Made by a program: the position numbers and the translations under genes
In this document: piece by piece, positions 49,996 to 59,604 of the stretch
Position numbering within the stretch: the stretch's first letter is position 1
Layout: each line of letters starts with the position of its first letter
DNA from: Nitrosopumilus sp.
GTDB lineage: Archaea; Thermoproteota; Nitrososphaeria; Nitrososphaerales; Nitrosopumilaceae
Direction of reading: 5' to 3'
DNA length: 64,000 nucleotides
NCBI GenBank assembly: GCA_965205425.1
Contig: CBDBGZ010000009.1
Coordinates: 288,001-352,000 of the forward strand
Notes under the pieces: generated by a model
The model's database searches: none
What the model saw: only the letters and a program-made list of their open reading frames with translations
What the model was told of the DNA's origin: nothing

Positions 49996-51600
49996 CTATT
50001 GGTTGAATTTAGGACCAGCTTCAATAATTTCTGGTGAGACATTTTCAAATTTCTTAAAGTTCTCAACGAACATTTGAGCTAATTTCTTTGCAGACATGTC
50101 ATAGGAATCTTTGTCAACCCAAGTATTCTTTGGATCTAAGATTTCAGAAGGGACTCCTTCTACTTCAGTTGGAATATCCAAGTTGAATAAATCATCATGA
50201 CGATATTTTACAATATCAAGTGCGCCTGAAAGAGCAGCAGTAACCATTGCACGGCTGTATTTGATTTTGATTCTTTTTCCAACACCATATGGGCCACCAG
50301 ACCATCCAGTGTTTACAAGATAAACCACAGTATTGTGTTGGTTAATTTTTTCACCAAGAAGTTTTGCGTAAACTGAAGCAGGTCTAGGCATGAATGGAGC
50401 ACCAAAACACTGAGAAAATACAGATTTTGGCTCTTTAATTCCTCTCTCAGTTCCTGCTAACTTACTAGTATATCCAGACATGAAATGATACATTGCACCT
50501 TCTTTGGTAAGTCTAGAAACAGGAGGCAAGACACCCAATGCATCTGCTGTCAAAAATACGATAACTCTAGGATTTCCACCAACACTTGGAATTACAGCTC
50601 CAGGGATGAAATCTAAAGGATATCCAACACGAGTATTTTCTGTTAATGAGTTATCATCATAATCTGGAACGCCGTCATTTAGTACAACATTTTCTAAAAG
50701 TGCACCAGGTTTGATTGCATTCCAAATTTCTGGTTCTGCTTCTTGGCTCAGATTGATACATTTTGCATAACAACCTCCTTCAAAATTAAATGTCCCGTTA
50801 TCAGACCATCCATGTTCGTCATCACCAATTAATTTTCTATTAGGATCTGCTGAAAGTGTAGTTTTACCAGTACCAGATAGTCCAAAGAACAAAGCAGTAT
50901 CGCCTTTTTCACCAATATTTGCAGAACAGTGCATTGGAAAAATACCACGGTCAGGTAACAAGAAATTCATTACACCAAACATTGATTTTTTCATTTCACC
51001 AGCGTATTCAGTTCCGCCAATCAAAACAATTTTTCTTGTTAAATCAATTAGAATAAAGACATCAGTTCTGGTTCCATCAATTTCAGGGTCTGCTACAAAG
51101 TCATTGATACATAAAATGGTAAATTCAGGTTCGTGTTTATCTAACTCTTCACTTGTTGGACGGATAAACAAATTACTTGAAAACATATTTTGCCAAACGT
51201 GATCATTGATGACTCTAATTGGTAAACGAGTTTCAGGATCTGCTCCTACAAAACCATCAAAAACAAAAAGTTCCTTGTTATCAACAAAGTCTTTCATTTT
51301 TTCAAATAGTTTTTCAAATTTACCACTTGGGAATTGATGGTTAATTTTTCCCCAATCAATAGAATCATGAGTTTTGTCATCATATACAATAAATCGATCA
51401 TCAGGAGATCTTCCAGTGTATTTTCCAGTATCTACTGATAATGAGCCTGTTGAGTTTACAACACCTTCCTTTCTCTCAACTGCCATTTTGACCATATCAT
51501 CCACACTTAGATTTCTGTGGACTTTGGATGGATTGATTCCAAAAGCACCTAATTGTGATGAAAATTTCTCAGTTGCTACAGTACCAAGTACTTGGGTCAG
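49996..51600 (-). CDS. pckA: Phosphoenolpyruvate carboxykinase (ATP); probable CTG start at 51600
   Basis: TGRSP, YAGEMKK, GLSGTGKTTLS, IGDDEHGW; GGAGG 9 nt before the CTG. Confidence 0.93.
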   Translation of the reverse strand: MTQVLGTVATEKFSSQLGAFGINPSKVHRNLSVDDMVKMAVERKEGVVNSTGSLSVDTGKYTGRSPDDRFIVYDDKTHDSIDWGKINHQFPSGKFEKLFEKMKDFVDNKELFVFDGFVGADPETRLPIRVINDHVWQNMFSSNLFIRPTSEELDKHEPEFTILCINDFVADPEIDGTRTDVFILIDLTRKIVLIGGTEYAGEMKKSMFGVMNFLLPDRGIFPMHCSANIGEKGDTALFFGLSGTGKTTLSADPNRKLIGDDEHGWSDNGTFNFEGGCYAKCINLSQEAEPEIWNAIKPGALLENVVLNDGVPDYDDNSLTENTRVGYPLDFIPGAVIPSVGGNPRVIVFLTADALGVLPPVSRLTKEGAMYHFMSGYTSKLAGTERGIKEPKSVFSQCFGAPFMPRPASVYAKLLGEKINQHNTVVYLVNTGWSGGPYGVGKRIKIKYSRAMVTAALSGALDIVKYRHDDLFNLDIPTEVEGVPSEILDPKNTWVDKDSYDMSAKKLAQMFVENFKKFENVSPEIIEAGPKFNQ

Positions 51601-51669
51601 AGGGTATTGCCTCCAAAAATACAAAGTTCAATCCCAGGCTGGTTCATGAGATATTCGATCCGGCCTAAG
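51591..51669 (-). promoter_or_regulatory. Structured 5' leader of pckA (hairpin, kink-turn-like motif, SD-sequestering hairpin)
   Basis: GC-rich island; TGGG-ATT-GA...TGA-CCCA; GAGG/CCTC hairpin over the SD. Confidence 0.45.
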
Positions 51670-51749
51670 TTTCCTTATTATCTTTTTCTTATAGGGAATT
51701 TTTTTCTTGTCTAGGAACGTATTTATTCCAAAATTCAAGACTCAATTTC

Positions 51750-52148
51750 ATGACGATCAACAAAGATCTGCTTGCAAAAAGAGAAGAGGTAAAAGCAAAC
51801 AAACCAGATTTTGTCAGACCAGAAAGTTGGCGTTATGTTAGACTTCAAACCAATTGGAGAAAACCAAAAGGTATTGATCATCACCAAAGAAAACAAAAGA
51901 GTAGAGGTCGTCCAGGTCTTGTTAAAGTTGGATATGGTGGACCAAAAGCAGCAAGAGGATTACACCCATCAGGATTTACAGATAACCTAGTTTACAATTT
52001 GAACGATTTAGAAAAATTAGACCCAAAGAAAGATGGAGTCAGATTTGGACACAGTGTAGGAACTAAAAAGAGAAAAGAAATTATCGTAAAAGCAATTGAA
52101 CAAAAATTCAAAATCTTTAATGCAAGAGTGAGTCCAAGTGGTAGTTAA
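51750..52148 (+). CDS. rpl32e: 50S ribosomal protein L32e
   Basis: WRKPKGID, GLHPSG. Confidence 0.96.
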   Translation: MTINKDLLAKREEVKANKPDFVRPESWRYVRLQTNWRKPKGIDHHQRKQKSRGRPGLVKVGYGGPKAARGLHPSGFTDNLVYNLNDLEKLDPKKDGVRFGHSVGTKKRKEIIVKAIEQKFKIFNARVSPSGS

Positions 52149-52593
52149 TCTTAAAGCTAAAAAAAGACTCGCAGCCAGAGTTACTGGTGTCGGAGTTCAT
52201 CGAATTAGATTTGATGCTGATCATTTAGATGACATTGCAGATGCAATTACAAGAGAAAATATCCGAAGTCTCATTACAGCAAACACTATCAAAATTAAAT
52301 CATTTACAGGTACTTCAAGAGGTAGAGCACAAGAAAAGAAAGCTCAGAGAAACAAAAGAGGTACAACTCAAGGTTCCAAACAAGGAAGAAAAGGTGCAAG
52401 AGTTGGTAAAAAAGAAGTTTATGTTGCTAAAGTTCGTTCATTAAGAAGATTATTGAAAATTGCAAAAGACAGAAAGGATTTGACTAATCCTGAATTTTGG
52501 GCACTTTACAAGAAAGTAGGTGGTAACACAGTTAGAAACAAAGCACACCTTAGACTTTTGATGGAAGAAATCAAAGAAAAACGAAAAGATTAG
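52138..52593 (+). CDS. rpl19e: 50S ribosomal protein L19e
   Basis: KRLAA, AITRENIR, GSKQGRKGAR. Confidence 0.95.
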   Translation: MVVNLKAKKRLAARVTGVGVHRIRFDADHLDDIADAITRENIRSLITANTIKIKSFTGTSRGRAQEKKAQRNKRGTTQGSKQGRKGARVGKKEVYVAKVRSLRRLLKIAKDRKDLTNPEFWALYKKVGGNTVRNKAHLRLLMEEIKEKRKD

Positions 52594-52889
52594 AATCGAT
52601 AAATTTTATTTTCTAATTCTACAATTTTGCCATTTTGAATTTTAATTCCTTCATCATTTAGCATCTTAGTCTTTACATTTTCTCCATAGGCATATCCACC
52701 AATTTTTCCAGTAGACATTACAACTCTATGACACGGAATAATTACGGGGTATGGGTTTTTGTTCATAATTTTTCCAACAGCTCGTTGACCATTTTTTAAT
52801 CCAACAGCTTTTGCTAATTCCCCGTATGTTGTAATTTGGCCTTTAGGTACTTCAAGTAATTTCTTGTAAATTTTTTGCTGAAGATTCAA
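52590..52889 (-). CDS. ogt: Methylated-DNA--protein-cysteine methyltransferase (C-terminal domain only)
   Basis: TTYGELA, RAVG, IPCHRV. Confidence 0.88.
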   Translation of the reverse strand: MNLQQKIYKKLLEVPKGQITTYGELAKAVGLKNGQRAVGKIMNKNPYPVIIPCHRVVMSTGKIGGYAYGENVKTKMLNDEGIKIQNGKIVELENKIYRF

Positions 52890-53692
52890 AGTTTGATTAC
52901 CTCAAGATCAGTTTTCTCAAGAAGATCAAGCACTTTTTGTTTATCAGAACCCAATCCTTTCCAATCTAAAAGTGCGACAGTGGCCATTTTGTTTTGTGAG
53001 ATAATATGAGAGAATAGTTGCTCATCAAGATTCTCCAATGCGTGTTTTGGAATTACTGTTCCAAGGGCATATTTTCCTTCAAGTAACTCATTAGTGAATT
53101 TTGAAGGATAGTGAGTTCCACCAAAACAAATTGCTACTGGATTTTCTTTAAGAGAATTAGACATTACTTGATGAACCAAAACAGATACAGATCTACAGAG
53201 AGATTCATCAGTCCATTGTTTGTCAGTAGTTCCAATCTCTATGAATATTGATGGCTTTTTTAACGCAGTTGGACCATGGTGAGTTGCCTCTATAGTAATT
53301 TGAAATTCTGAAAATTGTGATTGGTTTTTCTTTAAAGCCTGAAGATATGCTTTTTGTAAATTAGGATGAGGGATTGCAACTTGTCTGTTATTTCCTCCAA
53401 ACTTTGCTTCTGAGAAATTTCCAGTACTGTGACATGTCAAAGCTAACTGGCCAGATTCGGCAGCATGTTTTGAGAGAAAAACAAATCCATCATAATCATA
53501 TTTTTCTTCCAACCAATCAGCAGAAATTGCAGGTGTTGGAATTATAACAAGATCATAATATTGTCCGTGGAAAATATCTCCATCTTGAGTCATTTCTTTT
53601 GAAAGGAATTTTGCCATATTATGACCTGCAGGGTCATCTTGATACGCAACTAGTAGCTCCATGAGATAAGGAATATAAGGACACCTTATCAA
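52886..53692 (-). CDS. dtdA: D-aminoacyl-tRNA deacylase (archaeal Dtd2); start probably MELLVAY
   Basis: SKH, EATHHGPT, FIEIG, GGTHY. Confidence 0.9.
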   Translation of the reverse strand: MIRCPYIPYLMELLVAYQDDPAGHNMAKFLSKEMTQDGDIFHGQYYDLVIIPTPAISADWLEEKYDYDGFVFLSKHAAESGQLALTCHSTGNFSEAKFGGNNRQVAIPHPNLQKAYLQALKKNQSQFSEFQITIEATHHGPTALKKPSIFIEIGTTDKQWTDESLCRSVSVLVHQVMSNSLKENPVAICFGGTHYPSKFTNELLEGKYALGTVIPKHALENLDEQLFSHIISQNKMATVALLDWKGLGSDKQKVLDLLEKTDLEVIKL

Positions 53693-53701
53693 TTTTCAGC
53701 A

Positions 53702-53875
53702 ATGAACCCTAGGCAGACTTTGAAGAACATGGCCAATACTATGAAAATGGCAAAAAAGCCAGACAGAGATGAGTACTCACAACATCTTAGACTTGTATTA
53801 TTGGGAATAGCAGGAGTAGGAGCTATTGGTTTTACTATACAGTTTGTCTTTTCGGTAATTACGTTTGGTCGATAA
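53702..53875 (+). CDS. secE: Protein translocase subunit SecE/Sec61-gamma (not in ORF track)
   Basis: Manual translation: MAKKPDRDEY followed by one TM helix; directly upstream of spt5. Confidence 0.92.
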   Translation: MNPRQTLKNMANTMKMAKKPDRDEYSQHLRLVLLGIAGVGAIGFTIQFVFSVITFGR

Positions 53876-53877
53876 AA

Positions 53878-54336
53878 ATGTCTGAAGAAATAAAATCACA
53901 TCTATTTGCAATTAGAACCACAGGTGGACAAGAAAAAGTGGTAATGAGATTATTAGAAGCAAAAGCTAATGCAAATCAAATTAACATTCAATCAGTATTT
54001 TGGGTTAGTGATCTAAAGGGATACGTCGTAATTGAGGCAATCAATCCAAGTGATGCATATTTGGCAGTAGAAGGTGTCAGACACATCAGAGGTCAATTAA
54101 GAGGAGAATTAGAATTCAAAGATATTGAAGGATATCTAGTCAAGAAATCAACAGTTTCACAATTAACAGTAGATAATGTAGTAGAAATTACAGGTGGTCC
54201 ATTCAAGGGAATGAAAGCAACAATTACTAGAATTGATGTTGAAAAAGAAGAGGCGACCGTAGTTTTGTTAGATGCATCATACCAATTACCAGTCACAGTA
54301 GACGCCAACTACCTAAAGTTGTCTAGTGAGGCTTAG
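53878..54336 (+). CDS. spt5: Transcription elongation factor Spt5
   Basis: NGN domain (TTGGQE, KGYVVIE) and KOW (GPFKG). Confidence 0.95.
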   Translation: MSEEIKSHLFAIRTTGGQEKVVMRLLEAKANANQINIQSVFWVSDLKGYVVIEAINPSDAYLAVEGVRHIRGQLRGELEFKDIEGYLVKKSTVSQLTVDNVVEITGGPFKGMKATITRIDVEKEEATVVLLDASYQLPVTVDANYLKLSSEA

Positions 54337-54371
54337 GAAGGATTAAATTTTCAATTTGAGTTTGATTTAAC

Positions 54372-54851
54372 ATGGGAGAACAAAAAGTATCATCACTTGT
54401 AACAGGCGGAGGAGCATCAGCAGGTCCACCATTAGGTCCAGCACTAGGTCCTCTAGGAGTCAACATCATGGAAGTCATTAATTCAATTAATGAAAAAACA
54501 AAAGACTTCGAAGGAATGAAAGTTCCAGTGACGGTAATTGTTGATACAGATACAAAAAAGTATGAAATTGAAATCGGAATCCCTTCAGCTGCTGCTCTAA
54601 TCATGAAAGAAGCAGGAATTCAAAAAGGTTCAGGAGCATCAGGTACTGAATGGGCAGGAGATGTCAATATGGATTCAATCATTAAAGTAGCAAATACAAA
54701 ACTCGAAAAATCTTATGCTTCTTCACTAAAATCAGTTACAAAAACCATCATCGGTACATGTGTAGCATTAGGAGTTAAAGTAGAAGGAAAAACTCCTAAA
54801 GAAATTACTGCTGAGATTAATGAAGGTAGATGGGATGAGAAATTCCAATAA
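54372..54851 (+). CDS. rpl11: 50S ribosomal protein L11
   Basis: GPPLGPALGP. Confidence 0.97.
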   Translation: MGEQKVSSLVTGGGASAGPPLGPALGPLGVNIMEVINSINEKTKDFEGMKVPVTVIVDTDTKKYEIEIGIPSAAALIMKEAGIQKGSGASGTEWAGDVNMDSIIKVANTKLEKSYASSLKSVTKTIIGTCVALGVKVEGKTPKEITAEINEGRWDEKFQ

Positions 54852-55307
54852 TTATTGAATTAGATATATAGGATCTTTATCGGTTTTTTGTAATTCTACA
54901 AAGGTTTCAGTATTTTGAATTCCTTCAATTTTACCAATTTTTTCAATTACTACAGAATGAAGAGCTTCAAGATTCTTTGCATAAACTTTAATCATAATAT
55001 CAAATCTTCCTGTTACTTCTGAAATGGAAACAACTTCTGCAGTTTCCATGAATTTTTTATGGATTGTGTCCTTAAATTTTGGATCGCGGTTTATTCCAAC
55101 AGATGCTTTAACTCCTATTCCCAAAAGAGAGTCATCAATCTCGATAGTGAATTTCTTGATGAGTTTCTTCTTCATCAATCTCTTAATTCTACTATACAGT
55201 ACTGATGCATTAATTCCAAGTTTTTTAGATAATGTAGGAACAGAAATGGAACCATCAGTGGTTAATTCGTAAAGTAATTTCATATCTAATTCATCAAAAC
55301 GGTGCAA
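54852..55307 (-). CDS. Lrp/AsnC family transcriptional regulator
   Basis: N-terminal HTH, VTGRFD. Confidence 0.92.
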   Translation of the reverse strand: MHRFDELDMKLLYELTTDGSISVPTLSKKLGINASVLYSRIKRLMKKKLIKKFTIEIDDSLLGIGVKASVGINRDPKFKDTIHKKFMETAEVVSISEVTGRFDIMIKVYAKNLEALHSVVIEKIGKIEGIQNTETFVELQKTDKDPIYLIQ

Positions 55308-55465
55308 TGTGTTCGAAAAATATGGTTCTGATTTAATATATGTAGGTTTTCAGCATAATTTCCACCTTAATTATAATAATTTTAGTAAAAATATGTAATT
55401 TTTTAAAATAAATGATTGGCAAAAAAATCAATCTCTAAACGATTTTAAGTAGGTTTTCTCGAAAA

Positions 55466-56137
55466 TTGTTCGTAATGATTACAGACGCTCAGCTTACTGA
55501 AATGGTTCAAGCAGCAAGAACATCAACAAAAGAGAGAAAATTCAAACAATCTGTAGAATTAATCATCACTTTCAAAGATATTGATGTAAAGAAAGGATTT
55601 GCCATTAACGAAGTTGTTCAACTTCCAAAGACAAGTTCTCCAGCAACTGTATGTATTATCGCTACTGGAGATATGAGTGAAAAGGCAAAAGCAGCTAAAG
55701 CAGATTCTGTAATCGGAACAGCAGAATTAGAAAAATTTGGAACTAACAAAAGAGAATCTAGAAAATTCATTAACAAATATGATTTCTTTTTAGCAGATAC
55801 TAAAGTCATGCCAACTGTTGGTAAAACTTTGGGTCAGCTTTTAGGTCCAAGAGGAAAAATGCCAACACCAGTTCCTTTCGATGCATCTATTGAAGCATTC
55901 TTGGAAAGATTTAGATCATGTATCAAAGTAAGAACAAGAGCATCATTGTCAATTTCATCTAAAATTGGAGATGTCTCCATGGAAGATTCAGATTTAGTAA
56001 TTAACGCACATACAGTTCTTAGTGCAATTGAAAAGAAATTACCAAACGGAGAGAAGAACATGAAAAAGATTTTAATTAAAACTACAATGGGCAAGCCAAT
56101 AAAACAAGCACAAGAGGTTAAGAAGAAATATGCATGA
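55466..56137 (+). CDS. rpl1: 50S ribosomal protein L1
   Basis: RKFKQSVEL, LGPRGKMP, KTTMG. Confidence 0.96.
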   Translation: MFVMITDAQLTEMVQAARTSTKERKFKQSVELIITFKDIDVKKGFAINEVVQLPKTSSPATVCIIATGDMSEKAKAAKADSVIGTAELEKFGTNKRESRKFINKYDFFLADTKVMPTVGKTLGQLLGPRGKMPTPVPFDASIEAFLERFRSCIKVRTRASLSISSKIGDVSMEDSDLVINAHTVLSAIEKKLPNGEKNMKKILIKTTMGKPIKQAQEVKKKYA

Positions 56138-56996
56138 AGATAGAACATCTTATCCTAAAAGAAAATCCCAAATGTATCAACAACTAACAGAGTTACCAAA
56201 AAAATACAAAGTTATGTCAATTATTCAAATGCGAAAAGTTCGTTCAACTCAAATCTTATCACTAAGAAAAACTCTCAAGGGCGAAGTGGAATTTGTTTGT
56301 GTTAAAGATAAGGTTGCAGCAAAAGCACTAGAAACACTAGACGTTCCAGGTATCAAAGATATGATTGGCGAACTAAAAGGCCAAATCATGTTCATATTTA
56401 CAAATATGTCACCATTCAAGCTAAACGTTCTTCTTGCCAAAAACAAAATCATGATGGCAGCAAGAGGTGGAGATATTGCAAGTATCGACATTGTAGTTCC
56501 TGCCAAAAACACAGGAATTGCACCGGGTCCAATGCTTACTGAATTCAAAGAGGCAGGCATTCCAACAAAAATTGATCAAGGAACAATTTGGATTGCAAAG
56601 GATAGTACTCCAGTGAAAAAAGGTGAAGCAATCAACGAAAAATTAGCATCAATTCTAGGTAAATTAGATATCAAACCAGTAGAAGCAGGAATTTCACTTT
56701 CCTCAGCATTAGAAGATGGTCTAAAGTATGCAGAAGCAGAAATGGTAATCGATGTTGAGAAGATAAGAAACGCCTTTGCTCAATCACACCAAGAAGCAAT
56801 CTCATTATCTATCGAGGCAGCATATATTACTGCAGATAACATCGCACAAATTCTTGGCAAAGCATCAGGATATGCTCGCTCTTTATCAGTAGAATCTGGA
56901 TTTATGACAGATGAGACAAAAGAACAAATCTTGCAAAAAGCAGATGCACAAGCAAAAGGTGTTGCAGGTCAAGCAAAAGATTACACTCCTGCATAA
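56130..56996 (+). CDS. rpl10: 50S ribosomal protein L10 (P0)
   Basis: FTNMSPF, TGIAPGP, LDIKP. Confidence 0.95.
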   Translation: MHEDRTSYPKRKSQMYQQLTELPKKYKVMSIIQMRKVRSTQILSLRKTLKGEVEFVCVKDKVAAKALETLDVPGIKDMIGELKGQIMFIFTNMSPFKLNVLLAKNKIMMAARGGDIASIDIVVPAKNTGIAPGPMLTEFKEAGIPTKIDQGTIWIAKDSTPVKKGEAINEKLASILGKLDIKPVEAGISLSSALEDGLKYAEAEMVIDVEKIRNAFAQSHQEAISLSIEAAYITADNIAQILGKASGYARSLSVESGFMTDETKEQILQKADAQAKGVAGQAKDYTPA

Positions 56997-57049
56997 TCTC
57001 TAAAACATATTCTAAATCAAGAATTAAACATAATTTTGTTTTAATCACT

Positions 57050-57796
57050 TTATACTTCGTTTTTCTTTTTATTGAATTTGTTGTATCCTTCTTGGTTGTA
57101 TCCTTCTTTGTCGTAACCTAGGTGATCATATCCTAGTTCATCATACCCGTTACTATCAAATCCATCTTCATCATACCCGTCTAAATTATACCCATTTTTG
57201 TTATATCCATCTTCATCATACCCGTTACTATCAAATCCATCTTCATCATACCCGTCTAAATTATACCCATTTTTGTTGTATCCTTTTTTGTCATACCCGT
57301 CTAGATCATACCCGTCTTTGTTAAACCCGATTTTGTTAAGCCCATTTTTGTCATATCCATTTTTATCATAACCATTTTTGTTATACCCATTTTTGTTGTA
57401 TCCTTTTTTGTTAAACCCATCTTTATCAAAAACAATTTTTGTATCAATGTGAATTCCATCTATAGAAAAACCCCGATTATCATACCCATTGTTGTCGTAT
57501 CCTTTTTTGTCATATCCTTTTTTGTTAAACCCATCTTTATTGTAACCCTTGAAATCGAATCCATCTTCATCATACCCGTCTTTGTATCCTTTTTTGTCGT
57601 ATCCTTTTTTGTCATATCCTTTTTTGTTAAACCCATTTTTGTTGTATCCTTTTTTGTCATACCCATTTTTGTTGTATCCATCCTTACCATACCCATTTTT
57701 GTCGTATCCTTTTTTGTCATACCCATTTTTGTCATAACCATCTAGATCATATCCATGATTGTCAAATGTACGACTAAATCTATCGAATAAACCCAT
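57050..57796 (-). CDS. Repeat protein made of G(Y/F)(D/N)xx pentapeptides
   Basis: More than 40 degenerate 15-bp repeat units in frame. Confidence 0.8.
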   Translation of the reverse strand: MGLFDRFSRTFDNHGYDLDGYDKNGYDKKGYDKNGYGKDGYNKNGYDKKGYNKNGFNKKGYDKKGYDKKGYKDGYDEDGFDFKGYNKDGFNKKGYDKKGYDNNGYDNRGFSIDGIHIDTKIVFDKDGFNKKGYNKNGYNKNGYDKNGYDKNGLNKIGFNKDGYDLDGYDKKGYNKNGYNLDGYDEDGFDSNGYDEDGYNKNGYNLDGYDEDGFDSNGYDELGYDHLGYDKEGYNQEGYNKFNKKKNEV

Positions 57797-57934
57797 AACA
57801 GAATTTCATGAATTCGATTTAGATAAGCATTTTCGCACCCAACAACATCCATTGTTATTCAAAAATTCTCTATCTTGTTGAGAGTTTACGCTCTAATCAT
57901 ATTGTCAAACCATTCAATTTAGCCAAAATTAGGA

Positions 57935-58567
57935 TCAAGTTTCTCTAACTTTAGGCAAATTCCAATTAAACTTCATTGCCAATAATCTAATTCCAGTTCC
58001 TACAATAATTCCAATTACAGATGCAATCTGTACATCTACTCCAGATGAAAGTATGACATAAAATACTATAATTCCAATAATGCTAGCAATCGCATACACT
58101 TCTTTTACAAACACTATTGGTATCTCGCGTACAAAGACATCCCTTAGTATTCCACCACCAATTGCAGTAATCATTCCACCAAAGAACATTGGGAGAAATT
58201 CCAATCCAACTACTTGATACGCAATAGATGCACCCAAAATTGAAAATACTCCAAGGCCGACTGCATCAAATACTAACCATACATTCATCCGTTTTTGGAG
58301 TTTTCTAAAAAGGAAGAACATTACAACTCCAACTGCTACAGTCAATCCAACATAGATTGGATCAGAAAAAGCAGTGGGGAATCTTCCAAAAATAACATCA
58401 CGTGTTACTCCTCCACCAACACCGACTACTGTTGCCAAAACAATGATTCCAAAAATATCTGCCTTGTGTGCAATTGCTTTGGAAGCTCCAGTGACAGCAA
58501 AAGTTATCGTACCCAAGTAATCTAGAATACTAATGAAGCCATTTATTGGAAAAGAGAAATCAACCAA
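57935..58567 (-). CDS. TRIC (trimeric intracellular cation channel)/UPF0126 family membrane protein
   Basis: Duplicated GGGxxRD motifs, DAVGLG. Confidence 0.9.
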   Translation of the reverse strand: MVDFSFPINGFISILDYLGTITFAVTGASKAIAHKADIFGIIVLATVVGVGGGVTRDVIFGRFPTAFSDPIYVGLTVAVGVVMFFLFRKLQKRMNVWLVFDAVGLGVFSILGASIAYQVVGLEFLPMFFGGMITAIGGGILRDVFVREIPIVFVKEVYAIASIIGIIVFYVILSSGVDVQIASVIGIIVGTGIRLLAMKFNWNLPKVRET

Positions 58568-58646
58568 TCAATACAAACTGTGAGTTAGGAGTAATTAAGA
58601 TTAACAAAAATAAAGATCAAAATTAAATTGAGAAAAATAAAGTTGC

Positions 58647-58949
58647 TTAGCCAAATAAGGAAGACAATCCTTCCATGGCTGCTTCTTCGTTTTTAGGTTC
58701 TTCTTTCTTCTTCTCTTCTTTTGCAGGTGCGTCTGCTGCTGCATCTGCTGCTGGTGCGGCTGCTGCAACTGCTGCTGGTGCGGCTTTAACTGCATCATCG
58801 ATGTTAACATCGGCTAATGCTGCGACTAGAGATTTAACTTGGGCTTCATTAACGTCAGCACCAGATGCTTTGACAACTGATGTGAGGTTTGCCTCGTTAA
58901 CTTCTTTGTCTAGTTTGTGAAGAAGTAAAGCAGCGTAAACATATTCCAT
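58647..58949 (-). CDS. rpl12: 50S ribosomal protein L12 (P1)
   Basis: [11 protein letters not shown], Ala-rich hinge, EGLSSLFG. Confidence 0.97.
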   Translation of the reverse strand: MEYVYAALLLHKLDKEVNEANLTSVVKASGADVNEAQVKSLVAALADVNIDDAVKAAPAAVAAAAPAADAAADAPAKEEKKKEEPKNEEAAMEGLSSLFG

Positions 58950-59016
58950 TGTATCGAGATTTTCTTAGGGCATAATATAAAACTATGGAGAAGTTACGCC
59001 TGAAAACTTGGAAAAT

Positions 59017-59526
59017 TTAGTTCAGAAGTTTTAGACTTCTACAAACAGCATATACTGTTCGTTTCAGATGAGGATCATTCAAAGTATCCTTTCTTTGTCT
59101 TAAAACTCGTTTTGCCTCATCTCTTTCAGAACCTTCTGGCAATGACAAAACAGTATTAAAAAATTCAGGTAGTGATTCACGAATCCAACCATCTAGCATT
59201 GCATATATTTTTGGAGGAAGAATATCACACTTGTCAACATCAAGATCTAATACTTCGGCATAATTTTCATGTTCGACTCTATACACTAAGGCAAGTACTA
59301 CATTGTCAGGGTTTGGATGTTCAAGAATTTCTCTAGATCGTTCACCTGTTTTGTCTTGAGCAATCTTGTTTTTCAGACCAACTGGATTTACTATAACTCC
59401 ATTGACACCAACTTTTCTTCCATCAACACCAGTAACTACACCAAAAATAAAGTCATTAAATTCACCATTTTTTTTAACTGAGAAAACAGTAGTACCTTCT
59501 TTCAACTGAGGTTTCTTACCAAACAT
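59017..59526 (-). CDS. Hypothetical protein
   Basis: 169-aa ORF. Confidence 0.7.
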   Translation of the reverse strand: MFGKKPQLKEGTTVFSVKKNGEFNDFIFGVVTGVDGRKVGVNGVIVNPVGLKNKIAQDKTGERSREILEHPNPDNVVLALVYRVEHENYAEVLDLDVDKCDILPPKIYAMLDGWIRESLPEFFNTVLSLPEGSERDEAKRVLRQRKDTLNDPHLKRTVYAVCRSLKLLN

Positions 59527-59604
59527 GAATAGATTGAGTTGTGTAGTGTATTTAATGTATTATTAATCGACAATTCTTAATATTGGAATGGAGCAGCCTC
59601 ATCG

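Noticed and set aside
51601..51624. ORF-track start of pckA at 51624 (TTG)
   Set aside because: Lies upstream of the GGAGG motif within the structured leader; CTG at 51600 fits SD spacing better, though this is unproven
57050..57796. Possible CRISPR array, and overlapping alternative ORFs
   Set aside because: Degenerate 15-bp coding repeats with no unique spacers; no cas genes in the window
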